Shown here in pieces: positions 51,073-60,318 of a stretch of DNA of 64,000 nt; position 1 is the first letter of the stretch, and every line of letters begins with the position of its first letter. The position numbers and the translations under genes are program-made. This stretch comes from an uncultured Gammaproteobacteria bacterium (GTDB lineage: Bacteria; Pseudomonadota; Gammaproteobacteria; UBA9214), in the NCBI GenBank assembly GCA_963748215.1, contig CAVVHS010000006.1, forward strand, positions 544,001 to 608,000, read 5' to 3'. Under the pieces are notes generated by a model that made no database searches, was not told the DNA's origin, and saw nothing but the letters and a program-made list of their open reading frames with translations.

Positions 51073-52497
51073 TTAACTGCCGAGCTTGATACCCAGCTTG
51101 TCCAGGGTCTGGATGGTCAGGCCACCAGTCGGCAGGTCGTTCTTGCGCTGGTAAGCGTCGATTGCCGACATGGTTGCACCGCCCAGCACACCATCGGCCG
51201 GACCCGGGTTGTAACCGGCCTTCTGCAGGCCCTGCTGGATCTGCACGACCAGGTCACGCGTGGTATTGGTTTCACACAGCACCTGCTGCCATTCCAGACG
51301 CGCATCCGACACCTTGCTCTGCTTGGTCACCATCTGGTGCTTGGCCGGAATCGGAATGCGTTTCTCGGCGGCGGCCGAGACCAGCTTCTTCATGCGAACG
51401 GTCTTGTAGGTTGCCGGTACGGACACCTTCTTGATGCTGGCCGGTTCCTTGACTACCTGCTTGGTGATGGTCTTGAACTTCGCCGGCACCTCCGCGAGGC
51501 AGTAGGTCCTGCCGGTCGCCTCGCCATCGCCGCTCATGCCGGCCAGGCTCCAGCCGACCTTGGCGTCGGACATCTTCACACGCTTCGAGACGGTCTGGTA
51601 TTCGGCCTCGATCGGCGTGCGGTTTTCGGCCGAGGGCTTGACCAGCTTCTGCACGCGCACGGTATTGTACTCGGCAGGGATCTCGATCTTTTTGATCGTG
51701 GCCGGCGTCTTCAGCACGCGCTTCTCGATGGTGGTGTACTTGGCCGGGATTTCCACCAGGCACATGATCTCGCCGGTGGCATTGTCGATGCGTTCGTTCA
51801 GGCCACGACCTGTTTTCCAGGTGGTATAGGCCGGTGACTCGAGGACCTTTTCGGAGATCACGTCATACTCGGCGGGCACCTCGACGAACTTCTCCGAAGC
51901 CTCCTTCACCAGCACCTTTTCCTCGACCCACTCGAACTGCGGCTCGGACGTGGTGATTTCCTCGGCGGCAGCGGTCTTCAGCAGCTTTTCCGTCTTGGTT
52001 TCGAACTTCGCCGGCTGATAGTACTCGTTGTAGCATTGTCCGGCCTTGGCGGCGGACGGCAGCCCCAGTGCCAGTGCCATGGCAAGATCGCGATCACCGA
52101 CATCCTTCGCCTTGTTGCCGGGGCCGAGACGCCAGACCGTATGTGCGGGCTCGATTTCGATCTTTTCCTCGACCGTTTCGAACTTGGCAGGCACAGCGAT
52201 CAGCTTTTCCGATTCCTGCTGCACGGGCACCTTGACCTCGCTCCATTCATACTTGGCCGGGATGACCTCGATTTTCTCGCTGGCTTCCGCAACCACCACT
52301 TTTTCTTCAACTGTCTTGTACTGTGCCGGCACCATCACCTTGGCATAGCATTCGCCCGCGCGTGCATTGGCCGGCAGCAGACCCGCGCCTGATGCGTTGC
52401 CGTCCTCTGCAGCCTGGATTGGTGCAAACAGCATCGCACCGGTCACCGCGGTCACCGCAACGATGCCTGCAAGTGTCGATAGCTTACGAATTTCCAT
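51073..52497 (-). CDS. Exported repeat protein with a C-terminal peptidoglycan-binding domain
   Basis: Signal peptide; many (V/I)PA-x-(Y/F)-x-T(V/I) repeats; IQQGLQKAGY..G.ADG..G..T..AI..YQ. Confidence 0.82.
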   Translation of the reverse strand: MEIRKLSTLAGIVAVTAVTGAMLFAPIQAAEDGNASGAGLLPANARAGECYAKVMVPAQYKTVEEKVVVAEASEKIEVIPAKYEWSEVKVPVQQESEKLIAVPAKFETVEEKIEIEPAHTVWRLGPGNKAKDVGDRDLAMALALGLPSAAKAGQCYNEYYQPAKFETKTEKLLKTAAAEEITTSEPQFEWVEEKVLVKEASEKFVEVPAEYDVISEKVLESPAYTTWKTGRGLNERIDNATGEIMCLVEIPAKYTTIEKRVLKTPATIKKIEIPAEYNTVRVQKLVKPSAENRTPIEAEYQTVSKRVKMSDAKVGWSLAGMSGDGEATGRTYCLAEVPAKFKTITKQVVKEPASIKKVSVPATYKTVRMKKLVSAAAEKRIPIPAKHQMVTKQSKVSDARLEWQQVLCETNTTRDLVVQIQQGLQKAGYNPGPADGVLGGATMSAIDAYQRKNDLPTGGLTIQTLDKLGIKLGS

Positions 52498-52941
52498 ACT
52501 CAGGACCTCTCTGGTTTTTCTGGATGAATCGAGTGCGGTCAGCGCTCTGACGTGGCGTCAATCTCTCGCCGGGACAGCACGATGTCTGCTGGCAGACCCA
52601 CTCATTTGTCGGGGCCTACTATACGGACACAGCCCCGCCGAGTCTAAAGGAAAGGACGCGGATTTCAGGCCTGTCACAAACATTCACAAAGCATGAACTG
52701 CCAGGACAATACACTGAATAATGTGGGGGTAATGGTGAGCTGCCGGCACAACAAATCGGCGTGAGTGAACAGCTTATCTTCATGTGTTTATGCAACACGT
52801 GATGATATTTTGACGAATTACGCGACAAAGTCATGCTGAATGGATGGTTTTGATCTGGCATTCAGTCGTCTGTCAGAACGGCCTGTTGCCCAGGACTCGG
52901 TGAATACTTTCGCGGATGCGATATAGGAAGCGTGCCTTTAC

Positions 52942-54081
52942 CTAGTCGACTGCCACCACCAGCAGGACGGATGACTGGATACGTTCGGCGAGATCAGCCA
53001 GTGGTGTACGCAGACCCTTCGTCGCGGCCTGGCTGCCCTCGCGATCAGGCAAGGCCTGCAGCATGACCTGCAGCATCTCCACCTTCACGGCATAGCTGAT
53101 GTTGGGCATGACCACGGGTTCCGCTGACTCGCTGACAGTACCCAGCATGGACGAGACGATACCGACCACTTCGCCATCCATGTTCAGCAGCGGTCCGCCG
53201 CTGTTGCCCGGCTGAATCTGTACCGAGGTCTGGTAACTGCCCGGGTCGTCCCGGTACCCGTTCACCGAGCTGATGATGCCGTCGGTGAGTTTCGGTGTCC
53301 GGCCCAGGATGTCGACACGCGGAAAGCCCAGCGTAAACACATTACTGCCCAGGCGTTCCGGCCCGTGCGACAGCGGCAGCGCCGGCGGCAGGCTGTCGGC
53401 GTCGTTGACGCTGAGTATCGCCAGGTCATTGACTGTATCGCGGACCGCCACCGTGGCATGCAGCTTGTGTCCGCCGACATCGTACAGGGTCACTGTTTCA
53501 CTGGAAGCCACGACGTGATTGCTGGTGATTGCATAGCCGCCGGCTACTGGCCAGGCGGTACCCGTTGATGTGCCGCTCAGGGAGTCGATGAAGATTTCGT
53601 GATCGCTGTCGGCGGTGCCCGGCACGGCGTGTACGGTCCTGCCGCCACCGTCCACGTCCGGCAGCATCGCCCGCGCCTCCTGCAAACCCTGCCCGGCCGC
53701 CTGTGCCAGCCAGTAACGCGCCTGATCACGGTCGTGTGCCACACCGCGTCCGTCGGCGTACATCATGCCAAGATTATATTGCGCGGCAGCATGTCCGCGT
53801 TCGGCAGACCTGCGATACCAGCTCGCGGCCAGTAACGGATTCACCGGCACACCCTGCCCCGCGTCATAGAGGATGCCGATATTGAGCTGTGCGTCGGCAT
53901 TACCCGCGTCGGCCAGCGGCAGCCACAATTGCAGCGCACCGCGGTAGTGGCCCGACTGGTAGGCGTCCCAGCCCCGGGCGAAGGAATCGTCCGGCAGCTC
54001 GGATGCGACGCCAATACCTGCCACCAGGGCCAGCAATATGAGGCCCTGCCACGCCACCCGGTTACTCCGACTGACTTCCAT
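52942..54081 (-). CDS. Sel1-repeat plus trypsin-like serine protease
   Basis: AQLNIG/AQYNLG Sel1 repeats; TSNHVV, DLAIL, PGNSGGP catalytic triad. Confidence 0.88.
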   Translation of the reverse strand: MEVSRSNRVAWQGLILLALVAGIGVASELPDDSFARGWDAYQSGHYRGALQLWLPLADAGNADAQLNIGILYDAGQGVPVNPLLAASWYRRSAERGHAAAQYNLGMMYADGRGVAHDRDQARYWLAQAAGQGLQEARAMLPDVDGGGRTVHAVPGTADSDHEIFIDSLSGTSTGTAWPVAGGYAITSNHVVASSETVTLYDVGGHKLHATVAVRDTVNDLAILSVNDADSLPPALPLSHGPERLGSNVFTLGFPRVDILGRTPKLTDGIISSVNGYRDDPGSYQTSVQIQPGNSGGPLLNMDGEVVGIVSSMLGTVSESAEPVVMPNISYAVKVEMLQVMLQALPDREGSQAATKGLRTPLADLAERIQSSVLLVVAVD

Positions 54082-54291
54082 GGCTGTCTCCGAACTTGAG
54101 TTCAATAGTACCGCTGTGGATTATCCGCACACTCTCGGTACGTCGATCACACCCGCACAGTATTTAGCGGCAGACCGGCTGGCACCCTTGAGCCGGGCGT
54201 ATTCGCCTCGTCCTGCGGCGCCATCAACCCGACCGTACCACGTACGCGCCGCTCGGCTATACTGGCGCTGTTTTCCTCACCGGGACCGACC

Positions 54292-56112
54292 ATGCCACCA
54301 ATACCCAACCAGCACGCACTGGCCCTTCTCGTATTGACAGCTGTCGCCCTGTTTCTGTTCACGCGTGAGCGCATTCCGCTGGAAACCTCCAGCCTGGTTG
54401 TGCTGGTATTGCTGACCCTCGGTTTCGAATGGTTTCCATACCATGACGGGGCCGTAACCCTGCACACGGTCGATTTTTTCAGTGGCTTCGGCCACGAGGC
54501 ACTGGTTGCGGTCTGCGGGCTGATGATCGTCGGTCACGGCCTGGTGCGGACCGGCGCGCTGGAACCGGTGGGACGCCTGCTGGCCCGCATCTGGTCGCAC
54601 AGTCCGCAGCTGACGCTGCTGCTGACACTGGTGCTGGCCGGCCTGCTGAGCGCCTTCGTCAACAATACCCCTATCGTGGTGTTGCTGCTGCCTATCCTGG
54701 TGAGCGTCTCGCTGCGTGCCGGCACCAGCGCGTCCGGCATCCTGATGCCGATGGGGCTGGCCACACTGGTCGGTGGCATGGCCACCACCATCGGCACCTC
54801 CACCAACCTGCTGGTGGTCAGCGTCGCGGCCGATCTCGGCCTGCGCCGCTTCGGCATGTTCGATTTCTTCGTACCCGCCATCATCGCCGGCAGCCTGGGC
54901 GTACTGTACCTGTGGCTGGTCGCACCGCGCCTGTTGCCGGAACGCCAGACCGCGTTGACCGATACCTCGCCGCGCATCTTCTCCGCGCGACTCAATATCA
55001 CCGAGGAGAGTTTTGCCGTCGGCCGCACACTCACGGAGTTGCTGGAGAAAACCGGCAAGGATATGAAGGTGCAGCGCATCCAGCGCGGCGAGAGCGTGCT
55101 GCTGCCGCTGCCCGATGTCACGCTGCGGGCGGGCGATCAACTGATCCTCGAGGATACGCCGGCGCAACTGAAGGAATACGAGCAGGTGCTGGGTGCCCAG
55201 CTGTTTTCCGACGGCAATGCGGTGGACGAGGAACATCCGCTGGAGGCAAAGGACCAGCAACTGGCGGAGATCGTCGTGGTACAGGGTTCGCCGCTGGTCA
55301 ACCGCACGCTGAACGCCAGCCGTTTCATCGACCGCTACCAGCTCGCCACGCTGGCCCTGGCCCAGGCCGGCCGCAAAGTGCATACGCTCAGCAAGGATAT
55401 CGGCGACATCCCTCTGCAGGTCGGCGACATACTGCTGGTACAGGGCGCGCGTGAACAGCTGGCACAGATCAAGCGCGCTGGCGACCTGCTGGTGCTGGAT
55501 GCGACCGCCGACCTGCCCTCGACGAAGAAGGCGCCGCTGGCCCTGCTGATCATGGGACTGGTGATCGTCAGCGCGGCAACCGGCCTGCTGCCTATTGCGG
55601 TCAGCGCCGTGGCCGGCGCCCTGCTGATGCTGCTGTTCGGTGGACTCGCCTGGCGCGATGTCGGCAATGCGCTGAGCAGCGCAGTTATCATGATCGTGGT
55701 GGTCAGCCTGGCACTGGGCATGGCCCTGACCCGGACCGGCGCGACGGCATGGCTTGCCGATGTCTATCTCGCGCTGACGGCCGGGCTGGCGCCTCACCTG
55801 ATCCTGAGCGGACTGATCCTGCTGATGGCCATCCTGACCAACATCGTGTCCAACAATGCCGCGGCCGTCATCGGTACGCCCGTGGCCATATCGATCGCGA
55901 ACGGTCTGGGCCTGCCGCCCGAGGCCTTCGTGCTGGCGGTGCTGTTCGGCGCCAACATGAGCTATGCCACGCCGATGGCCTACAAGACCAACCTGCTGGT
56001 GATGAATGCCGGCGGTTACACCTTTGGCGATTTCGTGCGCATCGGGCTGCCGCTGACGCTGCTCATGTGGCTGACCCTGAGCTGGCTGTTGCCGCGCCTG
56101 TATGGCTTTTGA
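54292..56112 (+). CDS. SLC13-family permease with TrkA-C domains
   Basis: SAFVNNT, TTIGTSTN, SNNAAA, TPMAYKTN motifs. Confidence 0.9.
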   Translation: MPPIPNQHALALLVLTAVALFLFTRERIPLETSSLVVLVLLTLGFEWFPYHDGAVTLHTVDFFSGFGHEALVAVCGLMIVGHGLVRTGALEPVGRLLARIWSHSPQLTLLLTLVLAGLLSAFVNNTPIVVLLLPILVSVSLRAGTSASGILMPMGLATLVGGMATTIGTSTNLLVVSVAADLGLRRFGMFDFFVPAIIAGSLGVLYLWLVAPRLLPERQTALTDTSPRIFSARLNITEESFAVGRTLTELLEKTGKDMKVQRIQRGESVLLPLPDVTLRAGDQLILEDTPAQLKEYEQVLGAQLFSDGNAVDEEHPLEAKDQQLAEIVVVQGSPLVNRTLNASRFIDRYQLATLALAQAGRKVHTLSKDIGDIPLQVGDILLVQGAREQLAQIKRAGDLLVLDATADLPSTKKAPLALLIMGLVIVSAATGLLPIAVSAVAGALLMLLFGGLAWRDVGNALSSAVIMIVVVSLALGMALTRTGATAWLADVYLALTAGLAPHLILSGLILLMAILTNIVSNNAAAVIGTPVAISIANGLGLPPEAFVLAVLFGANMSYATPMAYKTNLLVMNAGGYTFGDFVRIGLPLTLLMWLTLSWLLPRLYGF

Positions 56113-56194
56113 TGGTTCAGGCAGTACTCCCGCGCAGCACACCTGTCCGTGACGAGCTAGAATCGGGTTATACGACGCCGGGGGGCGAACTGCC

Positions 56195-56839
56195 ATGAAA
56201 CTGATAACGCGTGTGATTGCAGCATTGCTGCTGGCCGGTAACGCGGTGAGTGCAGCACCGGCCGGCACTGCCGCCGCCGGCACACTGGAGCCGGCCGCAG
56301 GCCGCTTCCTGGTCGCAAGTCGCGGTCTGTACGGACCGTATTTCAGCAAGAGCGTGATCTACCTGCTGCAGCACAATTCCACGGGTACCGTCGGCCTTAT
56401 CGTCAACCGCCCGCTGGGCAGGAATGTCGCGGAGGTGTTACCGGACGTGACAACCTTCGGGCTGGGCGGCTATCCCGTCTATAACGGCGGCCCGGTCAAT
56501 CCGAACATCATGGTGATGCTGTTCAGGGGCAGCTACAGCACGGAGCTGGCAGTGCACGTCGACGGCGATGTCTATGCCAGCAGCAACAGCGCCATACTTG
56601 AACAGATGATGACTGAGCAAAAACCCGCCCGGGAACTGCGTATGTTCGCCGGCCAGGCCGGCTGGTTACCGGGTCAGCTGGCACGAGAACTCGTGCAAGG
56701 CTCCTGGCATGTTACGGACGGTGACCCGGATACCCTGTTTGCAGGTGGCGGCAACGATCTCTGGATAAAACTGATCGACCGTCTGGATCCGCTGGGTATC
56801 CTGGTTATGGACCAGTTCCTGCCCGCACCCCGACTATAA
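56195..56839 (+). CDS. YqgE/AlgH-family protein with an N-terminal signal peptide
   Basis: FLVAS, GLIVNRP, GGPV, GQAGW.PGQL..E motifs. Confidence 0.8.
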   Translation: MKLITRVIAALLLAGNAVSAAPAGTAAAGTLEPAAGRFLVASRGLYGPYFSKSVIYLLQHNSTGTVGLIVNRPLGRNVAEVLPDVTTFGLGGYPVYNGGPVNPNIMVMLFRGSYSTELAVHVDGDVYASSNSAILEQMMTEQKPARELRMFAGQAGWLPGQLARELVQGSWHVTDGDPDTLFAGGGNDLWIKLIDRLDPLGILVMDQFLPAPRL

Positions 56840-57334
56840 CGGCGCTTCCTGGATCAACACCTGCGTACCGACCGGTACGCGCTCGAACAGCTCGATCACC
56901 TCGGCGTTGCGCATTTTCACGCAGCCGTGCGAGGACGGTACGCCCATGGCATCCTCGTCGGGGCAGCCATGGATGTAGATATAGCGGCGCATGGAATCGA
57001 CAGGGCCGAGCCGGTTGCGACCGCGCTCCAGCCCGCTCAGCCAGAGAATGCGGGTCAGCATCCAGTCACGTCCGGGGCTGGCGGCCTTCAATGCCGGCGT
57101 ATAGATCTCGCCGGTCGGACGCCGGCCGACGAACACGGTACCGTTTGCACAACCGGCGCCGATCTTCGCACGTATGACATGCCAGCCGCGCGGCGTGCAT
57201 TCGCTGTGCTGCACCTCGCCGGGCCCGTTGGCCGCGGTGGCCACGGCGACGTCCATCACGACCTTGCCGTCAGCGAGCAGCTGCAGGCGCTGTTCGTCGA
57301 TGCTGACCTTGATCAGGGAGTCGGACAGTTGCAT
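56834..57334 (-). CDS. L,D-transpeptidase family protein
   Basis: TPRG, IYIHG...SHGCVKM motifs. Confidence 0.88.
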   Translation of the reverse strand: MQLSDSLIKVSIDEQRLQLLADGKVVMDVAVATAANGPGEVQHSECTPRGWHVIRAKIGAGCANGTVFVGRRPTGEIYTPALKAASPGRDWMLTRILWLSGLERGRNRLGPVDSMRRYIYIHGCPDEDAMGVPSSHGCVKMRNAEVIELFERVPVGTQVLIQEAPL

Positions 57335-57397
57335 GGCGGGATTATACGGTATGGAACATACCGGAACAGCGCCTGTCCTGCCGGTGACACTGTCACA

Positions 57398-58933
57398 TCA
57401 TCGCGGCAGGGCAGCCGGGTGCGCACCGGTAACCTGTAACAGGCCATCGTAATTGCCGTCGCTCGCCAGCCGGTAACCCGTGACGGTATTGCGGGCGGCG
57501 TAGACATGGTCCTCGTACCACAGTGGCACGTACGGGAGCTGTTCCAGCAGGTGCGCCTGCACGGCACAGTAGCCCGTACCCTGCTCTGTCAGCGTGGCGC
57601 CCTGCTCCGCCTGCTCGATGAGCCGGTCTATGGCGGCATCGGCAAAACGCCCGCGATTGGCACCCGCAGGCGGCAGCGAACTGCTGTGAAAGGCATAACG
57701 GAAAATATCCGGCGTCTTGATGCCGACCCACATCAGGCTGTACATCTGGAAATTGCCGGCCTTGATGTCACCGAAAAACGTACCCCAGTCGTAGCTGCTC
57801 AGATGCATGCGGATACCGACCTCGGCCAGCTGTTGCTGAATGATGGTGGCAATGCGCAGGCGCACCGGGTCGGTGGAGGTCTTGTAGTCGAGCACCAGTG
57901 GCCGCTCCCCGGTATAGCCGGCCTGCTGCAACAGGCCGCGTGAGCGCTGCGGATCATATTCCAGCGGCTGCAGCTGCGCGTTGCCGGCCCAGTGCTCCGG
58001 CGGCAGCAGCGCCGCGGCCGGTCGCGCCGCCCCGCCCAGCACGTAGCGGACGATGGCATCGCGATCGATGGCATGGGCAACCGCGCGACGGACCGCCAGT
58101 TCGCCGGTCACCGGTGACGCCAGGTTGAAACCGAGGTAGGCGAAATTGCTGCCCGGACCGCGCACCACATCGATGCCCGGCTGTCGTTCCAGGTAACGCT
58201 GCAGCTCGGCCGGCAGGTCGTTCTGCAGCAGGTCGATCTCGCCACGCAGCAATTTCAGGACGCGCACGGTGGGGTCGCCAATGCGCAGGAACTCGAAACG
58301 CTGGCGATCGGTGCGTCGTTCCAGCTGCAGGCGCCCCGGTTCCGGCCAGCCGGTGAAGCGGAATGGGCCGCTGCCGAGCGGGGCCTTGTGGAACGGGGTG
58401 CCGGCGTCGATTCCGCGCGCCGGCAGGATGCCGATCACCAGGTAGCCCGGAAACAGCGGATCGGCGCGATCCAGCAGGAAATCCAGCGTGTCGTCGTCAA
58501 CCACCCGGATGTCGTCGATCAGCTGCAGCGTGCCGGCATGCGGTGACTCGCTGCCCGGAGCCAGTATCGATCGGTAGGTCGCCGCGACGTCGGTTGCCAG
58601 CAACGGCGTGCCGTCGTGGAAGGCATCGCGCCGGGGATCCAGGTGAAAGCGGTAATGGCGCGGGGTGAGTTGCTCCCAGTGTGCGAGCGCGGCGACCGGA
58701 CGCACCTGGTCATCGAAGTCTACCAGGCGCCGGTACAGCAGACGGTTGATGCGCGCCGAGGTCGCGTCGGTGGCATAGCGCGGGTCCAGGTTGGCCGGGC
58801 TACTGGCCAGGCCGAAGCGGATGATGTCATCCGGTGCCGGTGTGCAGCCCACTATCACCAGCAAAACCACCGACAGCATTGCCGACAGTCGCAGCAGCCG
58901 GAGACCCGCTTTCGCCAGACTAGTGCTGATCAT
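57398..58933 (-). CDS. Peptide ABC transporter substrate-binding lipoprotein (family 5)
   Basis: IVGC lipobox; NLDPR, FHDG, GSGPF, VRRAVAHAIDR motifs. Confidence 0.88.
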   Translation of the reverse strand: MISTSLAKAGLRLLRLSAMLSVVLLVIVGCTPAPDDIIRFGLASSPANLDPRYATDATSARINRLLYRRLVDFDDQVRPVAALAHWEQLTPRHYRFHLDPRRDAFHDGTPLLATDVAATYRSILAPGSESPHAGTLQLIDDIRVVDDDTLDFLLDRADPLFPGYLVIGILPARGIDAGTPFHKAPLGSGPFRFTGWPEPGRLQLERRTDRQRFEFLRIGDPTVRVLKLLRGEIDLLQNDLPAELQRYLERQPGIDVVRGPGSNFAYLGFNLASPVTGELAVRRAVAHAIDRDAIVRYVLGGAARPAAALLPPEHWAGNAQLQPLEYDPQRSRGLLQQAGYTGERPLVLDYKTSTDPVRLRIATIIQQQLAEVGIRMHLSSYDWGTFFGDIKAGNFQMYSLMWVGIKTPDIFRYAFHSSSLPPAGANRGRFADAAIDRLIEQAEQGATLTEQGTGYCAVQAHLLEQLPYVPLWYEDHVYAARNTVTGYRLASDGNYDGLLQVTGAHPAALPR

Positions 58934-59384
58934 CCGTCCGGGCCAGTTCCATGCGCAGGCGCACCCGCAGGCGCCGAAAGGTCACCGGGTCAAGCATGTC
59001 GGGCAGGATCACCAGCTGTCGGCGCAGGCGGCTGCCCGTGCGGAGTTGCAGGATAACCAGCCACGGCTGCACGAAGGCCTGCCGGCACAGGGTCGCGCGG
59101 CTCACCGCACCGTCCTGCAGTTGCAGGTGACAGGTTCCGTCACCGTCCCAGGTCAGGGAGTGAATGCACCGAGGTGCCGCACGGCTGGCCTGACGCGGCC
59201 AGTGCCAGGCGAGGCTGGCCAGGATGCCGGTTGCGATGAGCAGCATGACCGGAATCGGTAACGTGGTAAACGGCAGCTGCAGGGCGGCTACCGCGTGCAC
59301 CAGCAACAGCCAGGCCGCCATGCGGCGTGAAGCCCCCAGCTCAAGACGCAGCGGCGTTGCGTATTTCCCGGACAAGGTTCGCAA
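58920..59384 (-). CDS. YgfX-like inner membrane protein
   Basis: Two TM helices; D..TFRRLRVRL motif; lies after sdhE. Confidence 0.75.
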   Translation of the reverse strand: MRTLSGKYATPLRLELGASRRMAAWLLLVHAVAALQLPFTTLPIPVMLLIATGILASLAWHWPRQASRAAPRCIHSLTWDGDGTCHLQLQDGAVSRATLCRQAFVQPWLVILQLRTGSRLRRQLVILPDMLDPVTFRRLRVRLRMELARTDDQH

Positions 59385-59604
59385 TATCCCGGTCGACCGG
59401 CGTCATGCGCCCCATCAGCAATTCCAGCAGTACGCCATCCGCATAGCCCAGCAGCGTATCGAAGCTACGCCGTTCGTTTGCATCCAGCGCCGCGCAGCGC
59501 GTGACCATGAAGGCGTGCAATAACTCGTCGAGCTCGCGCATGCCGCGGCGGCATTGCCAGGCCAGCCGGTTGTATTCGGCTGTCGTGCAGTCGAGGGTCG
59601 GCAT
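59341..59604 (-). CDS. sdhE: FAD assembly factor SdhE
   Basis: WQCRRGMRELD motif. Confidence 0.9.
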   Translation of the reverse strand: MPTLDCTTAEYNRLAWQCRRGMRELDELLHAFMVTRCAALDANERRSFDTLLGYADGVLLELLMGRMTPVDRDIANLVREIRNAAAS

Positions 59605-60305
59605 CAGGTGGCCCGCCGGATCATCAGTTCCTTGATCCGCCCGATGGCGCGCGTCGGGTTCAGGCCCTTGGGGCAGACCTCGACGCAGTTCATGATGGTG
59701 TGGCAGCGAAACAGCTTGAACGGACCGTCCAGGCTGGCGAGCCGTTCGTCGGTGGCCTGGTCGCGGCTGTCGGCGAGGAAACGCCAGGCCTGCAGCAACG
59801 CCGCCGGACCGAGGAACCTGTCGGGGTTCCACCAGAACGACGGACAGGAGGTGGAACAGCAGCCGCACAGGATGCATTCGTACAGGCCGTCCAGTTGTTC
59901 GCGTTGCTCCGGCGACTGCAGCCGTTCCACTTCCGGCACCGGATCCTTGTTGATCAGGTAGGGATCGACGGCACGGTACTGGTGGTAGAACTGCTGCATG
60001 TCGACGATGAGGTCGCGGATGACCGGCAGGCCCGGCATCGGCCGGATGTCGATCGGTGTGCGCAGCGAGAACAGCGGGGTGATACAGGCCAGCAGGTTGC
60101 GCCCGTTTACGTTCATGCCGTCCGAACCGCACACTCCCTCGCCGCAGGAGCGCCGGAATCCGAGCGTCTCGTCCTGCGTCTTGAGCAGGAGCAGCGCGTC
60201 CAGCAGCATCATGTCGCGGTTGATCTGACTGTCGTCCAGCTCGAAGTCCTGTACGTACGGTTCCCGGTCTGTCTCCGGGTTGTAGCGGTAGATGGTCAGC
60301 TTCAT
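59604..60305 (-). CDS. sdhB: Succinate dehydrogenase iron-sulfur subunit
   Basis: SCGEGVCGSD, CILCGCCSTSCP, CHTIMNCVEVCP motifs. Confidence 0.96.
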   Translation of the reverse strand: MKLTIYRYNPETDREPYVQDFELDDSQINRDMMLLDALLLLKTQDETLGFRRSCGEGVCGSDGMNVNGRNLLACITPLFSLRTPIDIRPMPGLPVIRDLIVDMQQFYHQYRAVDPYLINKDPVPEVERLQSPEQREQLDGLYECILCGCCSTSCPSFWWNPDRFLGPAALLQAWRFLADSRDQATDERLASLDGPFKLFRCHTIMNCVEVCPKGLNPTRAIGRIKELMIRRAT

Positions 60306-60318
60306 ATCGTGCGCTCGC

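Noticed and set aside
54277-56349. 690-aa antisense ORF and many similar long shadow ORFs
   Set aside because: They overlap well-supported genes on the opposite strand, as expected in GC-rich DNA.
58920-59604. ygfX-sdhE as a toxin-antitoxin pair
   Set aside because: SdhE is the SdhA flavinylation factor and sits here in the sdh operon, an ordinary arrangement.
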